The position numbers were made by a program, and so were the translations under genes. From the NCBI RefSeq assembly GCF_006345805.1, contig NW_021832223.1:62001-126000 (forward strand): DNA of 64,000 bases. The letters run 5' to 3'. Source of the stretch: Octopus sinensis (lineage: Eukaryota). Positions 12,196-23,724 of this stretch are shown piece by piece. Every line of letters begins with the position of its first letter. Within the stretch, counting starts at the first letter, position 1. The notes under the pieces were generated by a model, which saw only the letters and a program-made list of their open reading frames with translations, was not told where the DNA came from and ran no database searches.

Positions 12196-13667
12196 CAGTA
12201 AAACCTCTGGTGCTCGCCACCTCTGTTACTCGCCACCTCTATTGCTCGCCACATATTTTTCAAAAAATTAAAAATTTCTAGTAAATTTTGATAAATATTC
12301 TATTGCTCGCCATTTTCTAAATCTCGCCATTAATTTTTAATAATATTTTTTTTGGTTAAACTATTTTTTATATAAAAGTTGATCAGAAACAAGAAATTGA
12401 TGCATTTACTTCTTTGATCTCTGCAAAGATTCAACAATATAATGCTGAAAACATTTATAACGCTGATGAAACTGGGATTTTTTACAAATCGATCCCTTCA
12501 AAAAGTGTTTGTCAGAAGGTTCGATATGGACATAAAATCCTTAAAGAACGGTTTAATTTTTATTTATTTTTTAGATTTTCTTTGTTGCTATGCTCAAATA
12601 TGACTGGGACAGACAAAAAAAAATTCCACTTATGATTGGAAAGTTCCAGAAACCTCGCTGCTTTAAAAATTTTAAAGTCGGAAATTATGTCAATTACTGT
12701 CATTCACCAAAAGCATGGATGACAAGTAAAATTTTTAACGAATGGCTTTTAACATGGGATAGGCATCTAAAAAACGAAAAATTCTTTTAGTTGTGGATCG
12801 ATGCCCATCCCATAAACTTTACGCTGATTTAGAGTCAATTGAAGTTCTTTACCTACCTTCGAAGACTACAACAATTCTACAACCAATGGATCAAGAAATC
12901 ATTAGATCCTTCAAAGGACATTTTAATAAACTTAAATTTGAGTTTATGTTAGAAAAAAATTGAAAATGGAGAAAATCCACTGGAAACTCATAGAAAATTA
13001 ACCTTAAAAGACGGTCTTCTTTTTACATATTTTGCCTGGAAAAAAGTAACGACCAAAACAATTACAAATTGTTTCGGACATTCGAAATGGATCGAATGTG
13101 AAAATCAACTCGAAAGACCAACGTTGAAATTGATAATTATGATCAAATGGTAAATATCTTGAAAATATTGGACCCAGTGGATAAAGATGATTTTATTAAT
13201 TATGAATTTACCAAAATAGATGAAATTGAAGATTACCTTAATATTGCTGGAGATTCTTTCCCACAAAAATATGACGATGAAGATACTCATAATGACGAAT
13301 CTCATGTGAATTCAGAAGAGGCTTTGAAAATGTTGAAAAGAATAAAGTCATTCTTTTATCAAAATGAAAATTTTGATATAAATTCGTTGGAACTAATCTA
13401 CACCGTTATTAGAAATATGGCTGAATTAAAAAAACTATTAAAGATTTTTTAGTTAATTTTTTCCTTTTAATTTCTTTCGATTCTCTTTGTTTCTTTGCTC
13501 AAATATGACTTGGGAGGCTCACTTATGATCGGAAAGTATCGAAAACCGAGATGTTTTCAAATTTTCAAAGTCAAAAAATTTATTGATTATTTCCATTGCT
13601 CGCCAAATTCTATTGCTCGCCATTTTTTCTTTGGTCCCGAAAATGGCGAGCACCAGAGGTTTTACTG
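12196..13667 (+). mobile_element. Tigger/pogo-like DNA transposon (DDE_1 transposase remnant)
   Basis: TIRs CAGTAAAACCTCTGGTGCTCGCCA, TA on both sides; IYNADETGIFY, PLMIGKFQKPRCF, AWMTSKIF, LQPMDQ motifs. Confidence 0.9.
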
Positions 13668-14092
13668 TATTCAAATACTATTTTTTCAAAAGATTCGATA
13701 AACCTGCAAAATTTTTGTTTAATTTTCTGATAATTAAATGTATGATATTTAATAGAAAGTAAAAAAATTAGATATAAAAATAAGTTTAAAAATATTCTTT
13801 ACAGTTCAAATCCGTCACACAATAATTATTTTCTCCTATCTGAAAGTGTATTCAGTAGAAAACCTAAAGTCACTCTACCTACCGCATCAAACAAAGATTT
13901 AGCAGGAATAAACAAAAAATTACAAAGTGGGGAAGATCTCGATGCATTACCAACTCTAGAAAACAACAGGGTGGCATGGAAGCATACTAACCGTGGCACA
14001 AAGAAAACTTAATTAGCTTTTCCGTGAGTGCAGAATAATAAATCCAACTCACAGATGTCATAATGATTATATTCTATATAAAGTATAATGAT

Positions 14093-15659
14093 TTATATTA
14101 AATTCTTATTTATTGTCCGGGAAACAAATAATGTAAGGTAAATAAAATCTCCGAGAAGAATGAAAGAGAATGATATATACACCAACTTGGGAAAATCATC
14201 AATATTTTGAATAATAATCACAGTGATTGCCATAAGCAATGTAAAAAATTTATTCAAACTTGTCTGCACACTTCCTACACGTCCGCGATTTACCTCTTTG
14301 ACTGTTTCTAAAAAGCATTGAGTTATCGACAAATCCGTTATCCAAAGACCTTTATTTTAATTTCAAAAAATAACCAAATCTTGCAAAAATAACTCCGGCC
14401 ATAAAAATACTGATTTTTATTAATTTTTCTATGATTTTAAACATTAGAATACGATTAGAGTTTCCATTCGAAAGATTTACGGCAATAACTGTCAATGATA
14501 AAAATGAAACGTGAAAGAAAAGTCCAAATAATCCTGTTTTTATTAACTTTATTTTTCTCGATATCCAAGGAAATATAAAAGTCCCTGAAAAACCAATCAA
14601 AGCTCCTGCTCCTTGCAACAGTCCTAATGTCGTAGCCAAAAGACCTTGACTATAAGCATAGGCTAAAACTCATCCTAGTCTACAAACCAATAGTGACACT
14701 GTCGAACCCCAAAACGGTCATGTATAAGCATGAAAGGGCTATTCCCGCCAAAACAAATTCTTGTCGAAAGTAGAGAATCCAAGCATAAACAAGAGACCTA
14801 AGAATCCCTGGATTACTCTCGGTCATCATATCTTTTGATTGATTTTGGTTTGGAATTAATTCGTCAATTTCGGATTCTATTTTTAAGTACAAGTAAGAAC
14901 CGGAAAAGTCAATTTTTATGGCAAGCCGAGGGGTTGAATTATAAATATTGACCAAAATGAAATATTCTACACAAACCGAGACCAAATTCCAGGCTAAGAT
15001 GCACAAAATTGAGTTCCGAATTCCACAAAAATGGATTATTTGTCCAGTTGCTATCGGAGCAATAATCTTTGTCAGCAAATCAAGCCTTCTGATTACGGAA
15101 TTGGTTTCTAAAAAGTTTTAAAAAATTTATTCCTGAAAGGGAAGAATGATTTGTTTTCACTAAAATAACAAGCCAATCACGCTCTACAGAAACAGTTTCG
15201 GAGTCACTTCCCAACTCAGCCAAAACTGCGAAAAAAATGGTAAAAAACTATATTTAAAATTAAATAATTAACTGACTTGACATGTCGTGCTAATGGAAAA
15301 ATCATTTCTCCATTTTTCAATGGAAAATATCAACAGGAGATGAACTGCGGACAAGACGACACCCAAATTTTGAAATAAGAGAGCTGTTTTAATTACTAGG
15401 CAATCACAATTTAAGTCTGACCCTTTAATCTATGAGTTCTGTCAATCCAACACCCAATAGAACTCGCAAATAGAACTGACGACAAGTTCAAGCTTAAGAC
15501 TACAATCGATACTCCTAAAAGTGAATTGGGATATAGGTCTGTCATGTATAAAGCCAAAGCAAAATTCCACATGCGGTCTCCCTGAGATTCATTATTGTGT
15601 TCATGTACCCATGCAGCCAGCAAACGGGTGGCGTAGATTTTTACATTCCAAGACATCAT
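14093..15659 (-). CDS. SLC40A1: Ferroportin (SLC40A1 family iron exporter), multi-exon
   Basis: AW|GDRMWNFA, SIGCWIDRTHRLK, LTKIIAPIATG, ALSCLYMTVLGFD, ARFG|LWITDLSITQ, RGRVGSVQTSLN, joined across tiny GT-AG introns. Confidence 0.9.
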
Positions 15660-15920
15660 TCTTGAATTAAATTTAGAACTGATTAGAATAATGATTGGAA
15701 TTTGTTAGATAAAAAATTTATTGATGATAATTATTAAATACAAAAAAACTAAATTATCTAATTAAACTAAGAAAAAACTCAGCATTCGGCATTTGTTAAC
15801 ATATTAAGGTTGATAGGGGTGAATCCACATAATAATTTAAATCAAAAAACTTTGCTTATTTCCTATTCAGAAAATTTTTATTTAGAAAAAATATCACAAC
15901 AATTGAAAATATAAATAATA

Positions 15921-16448
15921 TTAGTTAAAATGAATATTATGCAATCTTTTGTTCTGCCTGGTTAACCTTAAGTAATAAAACATCAAACACCTTCTGTGCA
16001 AGTGAGCCAGCACAAAATGCAACAAAAGTAGAAATGTAAACATAAAATATGCAAAAAAATAATTGTTCGTAACTTTCGGCTTAAAATGCTGATCCCTACC
16101 AACGTATGGCCACTGCTTGTGGGTATAATTCGGCTGATGTTTGGAATTATATTCGTGAGGTTTTATGTCGTTCAAAAGAAAATTATAAGCATCGTTTATT
16201 TGAATAAAATCTTTGGTTTTAGTGGGATCAACATCTGGGTGATACTATTTGCATGTAATTAGTGAAAAACACCTTTTTACACTTTTCTATATACGCTTTT
16301 CTTATTTCTGCTTTTGTTGGATTGTTTGTGAGGTTGAGGATTTCGTAGGGATTTTTGTTAGAATATGAACGTATATTTCTGCAGGTTTAAATTTATATTA
16401 ATACTTCAAAGTAATAAAGAAATGTCTCACATGACATAACATAGACAT
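15921..16448 (-). CDS. DnaJ-domain protein with presequence-like N-terminus and C-terminal TM segment (DNAJC4-like)
   Basis: Spliced reading MSMLCHVRHFFITLK|NIRSYSNKNPYEILNL...IRKAYIEKCKK|YHPDVDPTKTKDFIQINDAYNFL...YFFAYFMFTFLLLLHF; HPD motif; introns of 26, 29 and 24 nt. Confidence 0.8.
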
Positions 16449-16563
16449 CTATTAAAAAATTATTATTTTTTAAATATAAAACAATATTCCTCTTTCAAAT
16501 AACAAACTATATATTTTTATTCATGACAAGACGAGTGACCCCAACCTCAATACAAATGATAAC

Positions 16564-18685
16564 TAGGGCAACCAAAAGTCATATAAGTCATATTATTTTT
16601 TATTGGTCATATTGATGTTATTTCTATAATTAATAAACTATTATTATATTTTTTAATAGTTTTATTAATTTTTTTAGGTCTTATAGGTCATATTTTATGC
16701 CGTTAGGTCATATTATTTTTTTAGGTCATATTTTTTTTGTTAGGTCATATTTATATTTATTAAATCATATATTTTTATTAATCCCGGCATAAAAAGGAAC
16801 AGACAAAATTTCAAACGCAACTCAACACTCTTCCGAAACTTGAAGCAAAGAAAAATTTCGGAATTTGCTTAGTCGAAATGATGACGAAGGCGAATATACC
16901 TCTTTACAAAATAAGAAATGAACACTTTATTAATTTTTTTAATAATCTCGGATTTACTGTTCCCAGCGAAAGTTGGTGCAGAAATATACAGTCCCGTCCA
17001 AATGTTAGAGGCACCCTATTTTTTCCCTAAAAAGGCACTTGTTTATTATTTTTCGAAAGATTTTAAAGAATAAATTAAGTTTTTAAAGGAAATTAAACAT
17101 TTCCAAAGTTTTTATAAATATTCGACCGATAGTATTCTCAAACTTGAAAACAAAAAATAATTGGTCGCTCATATGTTAGAGGCACTTATGTAAAAAGCAA
17201 TAATTCTATAATTTATTATTATTAATTCTAATAAAAAATTCAAATGCCTCGTGTATCAGCTTATAACAGGTTTCTCGTCATCGAAAAATTAAAATGTGGC
17301 GAATCTCAGGTGAAAATATCCAAAGATTTGGGAATCTCTCGTTGTGCCATTCAAAAAATTAAAAAGCGATTTATTCAATAGTTTATTTTTTATTCAATAG
17401 TTTGTTATTAACAAAAAACTTTTTTCAAAAAATGACAAATAAGTGCCTTTTTTAGGGAAAAAATAGGGTGCCTCTAACATTTGGACGGGACTGTAGTTCC
17501 AGATTTGCAATATCAATTGATTGAAATGCTTAAAACAATTATTTCTGGAAAAGATATATTCATACTTGTTGATGAAACGGAAATCAATAAACAGAAATTT
17601 GTTAACGTTCTTTGTGGGACTATTGAAAGTCCTGAAAAAATTTATTTATTAAATTGTTTGGAAATTGAAATTTGTGATGCATCTGCAATTTGTAGAATTG
17701 TGGATGACACAATTCGAATTTATGATATAAAAAGGGAAAATTTTTTATTATTTATTTCTGATGCTGCCCGTTATATGACTTTACCAGCGAGTACGTTGAA
17801 GGTTATGTATATTAAAATGATTCATATAACTTGTTTTGCTCATCTTCTGCACAATTGTGCATTAAAGATTAGTGCACATTATAAATATATTAACGACTTA
17901 ATCTCGTCTATCAAAATGTCGATTGTAAAAAATCCCTCCCGGAGGAGTCTTTTTACAGTTATTGGACTTCCACCTGATGTTGTTCTAACAAGATGGGGCA
18001 GCTGGTTGGACGCAGCAAAATATTATAGTCGACATCTTTCAAGAGTTCGCGAAATTGTCTTATCCTATCCAAATTGTGGAAAGATTGTGATGAATGCGAA
18101 AAATGCTGTTAGCTCTGAAAATTTGAAGAAAAATCTGGCAGAGTTAATAGCTTCATACAACCCTATTATTGATGAAATCAGAAAATGCCAAGAAAAATTT
18201 TATACAATTAAAGATGCAATTGAATTCATTGATTCCGTTAATTTTGGTGAGGATAATTGTGACATCAACAAGTATTTTTTAAAGTGGATAAGTATGTTAC
18301 CATGGACGAATATTAAAAATGCTAGAATTTCTGGTATTTCTCCAGAAACATTTATTTACTTATGGAAATGTCCTTCAACATCAATATCTGCAGAAAGAAG
18401 CTTTTCTATGCTGAATAAATTGCTCGCAAAGGATAGAAACTTCAAGCTAGAAAATATTAAATATTATATGATGCAATATTATAATAAATTCATTGATTGA
18501 AATGTTTAATTTTTTCATATTTTCAAATTCAGAATATCTAAAAATCAAAATTCGATAGGTCATATTTTGATTTTTTAGGTCATATTTTAATATTTTTAAG
18601 TTATATTTTAGAATTTTAAAGTCATAAAGTCATATTTTTTACGGTCATATTTAACTTTTTTGAGGTCATATTTCTGGTTGCCCTA
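16564..18685 (+). mobile_element. hAT transposon, transposase interrupted by a Tc1 insertion
   Basis: TIR TAGGGCAACCA; perfect 8-bp TSD ATGATAAC; subterminal AGGTCATATT repeats; ORF 17481-18500 with LVDET, ISDAARYM, HITCFAHLLH, LTRWGSW, SAERSFS. Confidence 0.9.
16989..17493 (+). mobile_element. Internally deleted Tc1/mariner element nested in the hAT
   Basis: TIRs CAGTCCCGTCCAAATGTTAGAGGCACCCTATTTTTT, TA TSD, internal HTH start MPRVSAYNRFLVIEKLKCGESQVKISKDLGISRCAIQKI. Confidence 0.9.
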
Positions 18686-19239
18686 ATGATAACAAATATG
18701 ATTTGTTAGTAAATGAATTCACTTAAAAAAAATAAAAAATTATTCCTGTTCTGGTGAATTGGGCTAAAATTGTCTTAAAATTCTTCACAGTCATCTGATG
18801 GTAATCAATATGAAGTGATATCATACATGCATACATTCTTATTAAGAAAAACGTTGAAGAACATGCAGATTGAAATGAGACATTGAATTTTTATTCCTGT
18901 TGTGGAGCAGACAGGAGATTCTTCTGGAGGAGGGCACCTGAGCAGTGGAAACTGGGCATAAAAATGGTTGTCCTGGGATCTTTTGTCCTGATGAACATTT
19001 TGTCTTGTTAGATAGCTCACAATACTAAATAGTTATTTGTATATTTTAGTTAAAATTTAACTATCTTATAAAGAATTTCACGTAATTTTTCTTCATTTTC
19101 TTCATTTCTAATCAATTATAAGATCTCTATGGGCATTCAAATTTATTAATAAGGGGAGCTCGGTTGTACTCGTGGGGCAAAATTTAACTAAAATTTATCC
19201 TGAAAAGGACTGAAAAAGGAAAAAAGAGTCGTCGAACAA

Positions 19240-19600
19240 ATAGAGTGCATATAAAACGTCTCCAAGATGGAAGAACACGACATAACGCACATTATCCCTA
19301 TGAGACTTGGACTGATGTGCTCTTCGTGGGGTTGCGGCAATGCACGCAAGCAGGGATTCTTCTGCTAGATTTGCGAGAAATTTACACACCTCGGATTTGT
19401 AAGGATATCCCAGCAAGCTCGATAGAAACGTCGGGCGTAGCGGGATTTCTTATAGAAATTGGGGCGTTGCTGGCTAAACGAAGAAGGGACAGTCGCGAGG
19501 GATATTGGCTTCGCCAACGTATTGGAATTGAAGTCCTTTATGGCAACAAGCACGCGATACTGGCCGGTGCCTGATAATCGATTACTACTTTAACTTATTT
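19240..19600 (+). mobile_element. Degraded CRE-like retroelement 3' fragment
   Basis: IETSGVAG...RRRDSREGYWLRQRIGIEVLYGN, matching the CRE endonuclease C-terminus. Confidence 0.7.
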
Positions 19601-19928
19601 ACTATAAGCAATTTCACAAATCATAAATATTCGACACATCCAGTTTAAAAATTAATAAGTAGGGTGTTTGTTCAATAAGCATGCTGTCAAGAGTCCTCTT
19701 AAAAAAGACCTGTTGTCAAAAATAAATTAAATATGATAGTAGAAAAATTTTAAAATTACGTTAGACATGCATTAAGGATATTTTATATCATAGCTTACAG
19801 TTTTCAAAAAAACTGAAAAAAATCCTGTAACAAATAAACAAAAAGTGTTTAGAAAGAATGAAGCTAATACTATTTTTACAATTTATTTACCAGGAATTAT
19901 GTTTTTAATGAAAGGGTAGATATTGGAT

Positions 19929-20002
19929 GCCCCGGTAGCTCAGTTGGTTAGAGCGTCGTGCTAATAACGCGAAGGTCTAGGGTTCGAGTCCCTGTCGGGG
20001 CA
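19929..20002 (+). tRNA. tRNA-Ile (anticodon AAT)
   Basis: Acceptor GCCCCGG/TCGGGGC, D arm TAGCTCAGTTGGTTAGAGC, anticodon arm TCGTG-CTAATAA-CGCGA, GGTTCGAGTCC T loop, T6 Pol III terminator at 20003-20008. Confidence 0.95.
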
Positions 20003-20719
20003 TTTTTTCATATTTTCGAAAATCCAGTAGAGTACGTATTTGCAGTGATTAGTTTTTGAAATTTTATCTCATTATATTAAGACCATAATACTTTCTATAT
20101 TATTTAACAAAAAGGACATCTTGTAAATTAATCGTATCAAAAGATGGTGATGTTTTTTTTGAAAAGTAGGAAAGTGTAGCAAATAAATTTTGATTCAAGT
20201 ATTCAAAACAACTTAACAAAGTCCGAGACTCTAGCTCTTAGATACATTTTTCATTTCTTCGAATATTACTCGTCGACATTATCCTCAAGCAAAGTGAAGA
20301 TCGAACCTTAACTCTATTTCCACAGACTCAAAATTATATGTCCAGTCATTCCACAATTAGAATCACAAGTCATTTTCACAAAATCACTTTAGGAAAGACA
20401 TAAATTATAAGGTTAATTTATTATTACCACGACAACGAAAAAGGCTCAATGCAATGAAAGAAAAAAGGCTCTAACCCTTATCCAAAACCTAATCCTATAT
20501 CGTCCAGGCCTTACTGGCCATTTCCCGCTTGCCTAGCTAGTAACTTGCTGCTTCTTTTATTATGTTCTTTGTGGGATACAATAAAATACCGACTGTTAGG
20601 TCCTTATGACAAGCAAAGATGTATTTTAGCAATTTTGATTGTATCTTGATAAAAGATCAGTTTTCCCGTTCGGTATGCATTTCTTGTATTCTCAATAATA
20701 TTGTTTATATTGTTGTTAT

Positions 20720-21000
20720 GTTTCTTATGTTTGATACCATTTTTCCCAGACTGAGGGTGACAATAACCATTCTGTGATTGGTACCAATTGTTGAACCTTC
20801 GTCCGCATATATGAAAATCCGCCATATGATGATGTAGTCAATTTGGTTGTATGGAAGCTCCGACCGGATTTGACGAATAACACTCTCATGGTTATTTCAT
20901 CTGAGATCGAATATACAAATATTACCCGCACTTGAAGAAAGGCAAGCGTCCGCGCAAAAAAAAACTGGCTGATTTGCACGACACAATATTCGTGGAGAAC
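20720..21000 (-). pseudogene. APE endonuclease remnant of an RTE-like LINE
   Basis: NQIDYIII...STIGTNHRMVIVTLSL, resembling the APE C-terminal IDY/SDH motifs. Confidence 0.5.
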
Positions 21001-21324
21001 CCCAAATCTAATTCTTCCGCGACTTGTTCTGTGGCCCTGTACATGTCGGTGATGGCAGAGAGTGAAGGCACGGATATGTCACGTTAATCTTATTAAAAAC
21101 TTACCCTTTAAGATATTTTGCCGACTATTCTTTTATTCCAGAAGATTTATTTGGAAACTTATTCGTAAAATATTTGAAATTAAATATTAAGAAGGACTAT
21201 CACCTATTTGAATATACTCATGCTTATGCCTGGCTTTGCCTAACTTGAACGTCTCAACAAAAGCAGACACAAATTAGCTAACTGTATACAAGCAGCAACC
21301 AGTTAAACGACTACATCGTCTCAG

Positions 21325-21919
21325 TAGTGATCCTTCTGCAGGTTCACTTACAGAAACCTTGTTACGACTTTTACTTCCTTTAAATGAGTAGGCTCGGGTG
21401 TCTACTCGCATGCTATAGTATAGCACACAATCCAACAACCTCACCAAATCATTAGTAGCGACGGACGGTGTGTACAAAGGGCAGGGACGTAATTATTGCA
21501 GGCTAATGACTTGCGATTACTAGGAATTCCTTGTGCACGAGGAATAATTACAAGCCTCGATTCCTGCCACGAAGAAATTTCAAGGCTTAGTTCGCTTTTC
21601 CAAGCAAAACCCATTCTGCTTTCTTCATTGTAGCACGCGTGCGGCCCCGAACGTCTAAGGGCAATCACAGACCTGTTATTGCTCATTTTCAAGTGTTTTA
21701 CACACTGATCCTTCTTAGTAGTCGAATAACTAGAATCGAACGACTAGTAAGTAAGTCTGATTCTCGTTCGTTATCGGAATAAACCAGACAAATCATTCCA
21801 CCAACCAACAACGGCCATGCACCACTACCCACAGTATCAAGAAAAAGCTATCAGTCTGTCAATCCTCACTGTGTTCGGCTCGGGTGAGTTTTTCTGCGTT
21901 GAGTCAAATTGAGCCGCAA

Positions 21920-21971
<52 letters not shown>

Positions 21972-22135
21972 AACCATACTCCCCCCGGAGCCCGAAGACT
22001 TTGGTTTCCCGGAAGCCACCCGCTAATGATCCAAATATTATCAGCGGAGTGCTAGTTGGCATCGTTTATAGTTAGAACTACCACGAGATCTAATTGACTT
22101 CGATATTCCAAATGTCGTTCTTGATGAACGTCCTG
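21325..22135 (-). rRNA. 18S rRNA: 3' half of 18S rDNA, divergent and probably pseudogenic, followed by ~80 bp of ITS1-like sequence
   Basis: Conserved blocks GCTGAAACTTAAAGGAATTGACGGAAGGGCACCACCAGGAGTGGAG, GGTGCATGGCCG, CAATAACAGGTCTGTG, TTGTACACACCG, AAGTCGTAACAAGG, GAACCTGCAGAAGGATCA. Confidence 0.95.
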
Positions 22136-23724
22136 GAACTGTCGGAAGGCTCAGGAGACGCAGGAAGGCCAGTCAAAAGAGGCGTGTAGTAAGTAGACAT
22201 CCTTGAGAGCGAGAACAAGTGGATTAGAACAGAGGAGTGGAAAACAAAGAGTATATTTGTGGGCGGCCTCGATCTGGTTGTAGAAGACCCCTCGGAAATA
22301 GTCGAGGGAGAACTAAATGCAATGTTCAATGGAGTTGGGGAAGTGTCTGACAGTGCAGAAGGCAAAGTCGTGACTGATGGGGTCGTTGGAGGAGTATGAC
22401 TCGGTGAGGTGGGGAACGACAGGCTGGCAGTGCCCCCTTGTTCCGTGAGTACCCGAGTCGATCATGGGGAGTCGGTAGTACAGGCATTTGAGATCGACAA
22501 ACTTGCGTGCGTCAAGTCTGTCGAGGGCAATGAGGACCAAGTCTAGTCGAACGTAGAACTGGTCGTTGAAATAGAAATCAGTAGGATGGCCGACTTGATA
22601 CTCCAATGCCTGGATGTTCATGTCCTTGTTCAGTTCCTTGATTGCTCGAGCTGCGGTAGTCGATCTAGGGCGCATCAAATCGGTGGAACGGAAGAGAAAT
22701 TGTCTGTTGAGGTTGGACCTCTCGATTCTGTCCATGTCGGTGACCCAGGTAGTGCCGGAGCCACAACTCACTCCCATCATTGCAAAGTTTTTGAGGAGTT
22801 CACAGCCAATGGCGCCCATGCCGACGATGAAAGTGTAGAGGAACATGAGTCTGTTTTGTACCTACGAAGGACATGACCACGGGCACTTTGACAGCCCTGA
22901 CTACTCCTCCTCCCTCGTACTTGCCGATAGAGGCATCAATGGAGAAGGACGAACTGCCTGAATGATGAGTGGTGGTTACTGATGAGTCGGATGGGCATCG
23001 GGGGATGCTCGTTTATTCCACTCATTTCTTTCACTTGGGAAAACGTGACCAGACTGTCGTCGTCCATGTCGAGTGGGTGGTCGTCGTGGACTAACACCAC
23101 TCCATTCTACACTCACAGAACACAGTACTTGGTCAATACACGTCACCACAGAAGGGCGAGAAACAATCCCGTTCGTGTCATACACTGTGAAAGCCTCCCC
23201 AAAGTCGCAGAATATTTGTCTGACAATCACACCACTCACCAACCCAAACACGCCCAACGAATTACACAAAATGAAGAGAATATTCGCCCAACGACACCAC
23301 TCATTTATTCGCGCGGCCTCCCCACTCATTTCGATGTTTTCCGTCACCACCACCATGCTATACTCACTCAACAATTCCATAGTCAACTCCCCCATCCACT
23401 CCACCACCACGTTCTCGTTCAGTTCTCTCAACCGTCCCACACACGCACTCGCTCTGTTCTCCCCCCGTAAAACTACTCCATCACTACTCACTCTCACTTG
23501 GCTCGACAGGTCTTGTCATCCTCGTGTCCTGCACACACACCACACCTATCCCCCCAAGGATTATATTCTTCGCTATCTCCACCCCTAATCCTCCCATTCC
23601 ACTTATCAACACACGTGCACTACTCGTCTTCCTCATTGCTTGGTGCCCCAATACAAATCTAACATATCTCACATCCCTCACACAGTTGCCGTGAATACAG
23701 TCCCTCGTCTATTTCACTCTTCAT
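22136..23724 (-). pseudogene. UBA1: Ubiquitin-activating enzyme E1 pseudogene (internal deletion, frameshifts, stops, 3'-truncated by 18S)
   Basis: MKSEIDEGLYSRQL|FVLGHQAM...GMGGLGVEIAKNIILGG; QIFCDFG; IVGMGAIGCELLKN, VTDMDRIERSNLNRQFLFR; catalytic region FCTVRHFPNSIEH. Confidence 0.9.

Noticed and set aside
22151-22315. In-frame TAG and TGA in UBA1 align to conserved Gln and Trp, hinting at a variant genetic code in the donor
   Set aside because: CAG>TAG and TGG>TGA are single transitions typical of decay, and the same gene has frameshifts and a large deletion. Only two cases; it would need intact genes from the donor to revisit.
22586-23588. Long plus-strand ORFs (22586-22876, 22982-23470, 23073-23588)
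   Set aside because: Antisense shadows of the GC-rich UBA1 sequence, with no independent motifs.
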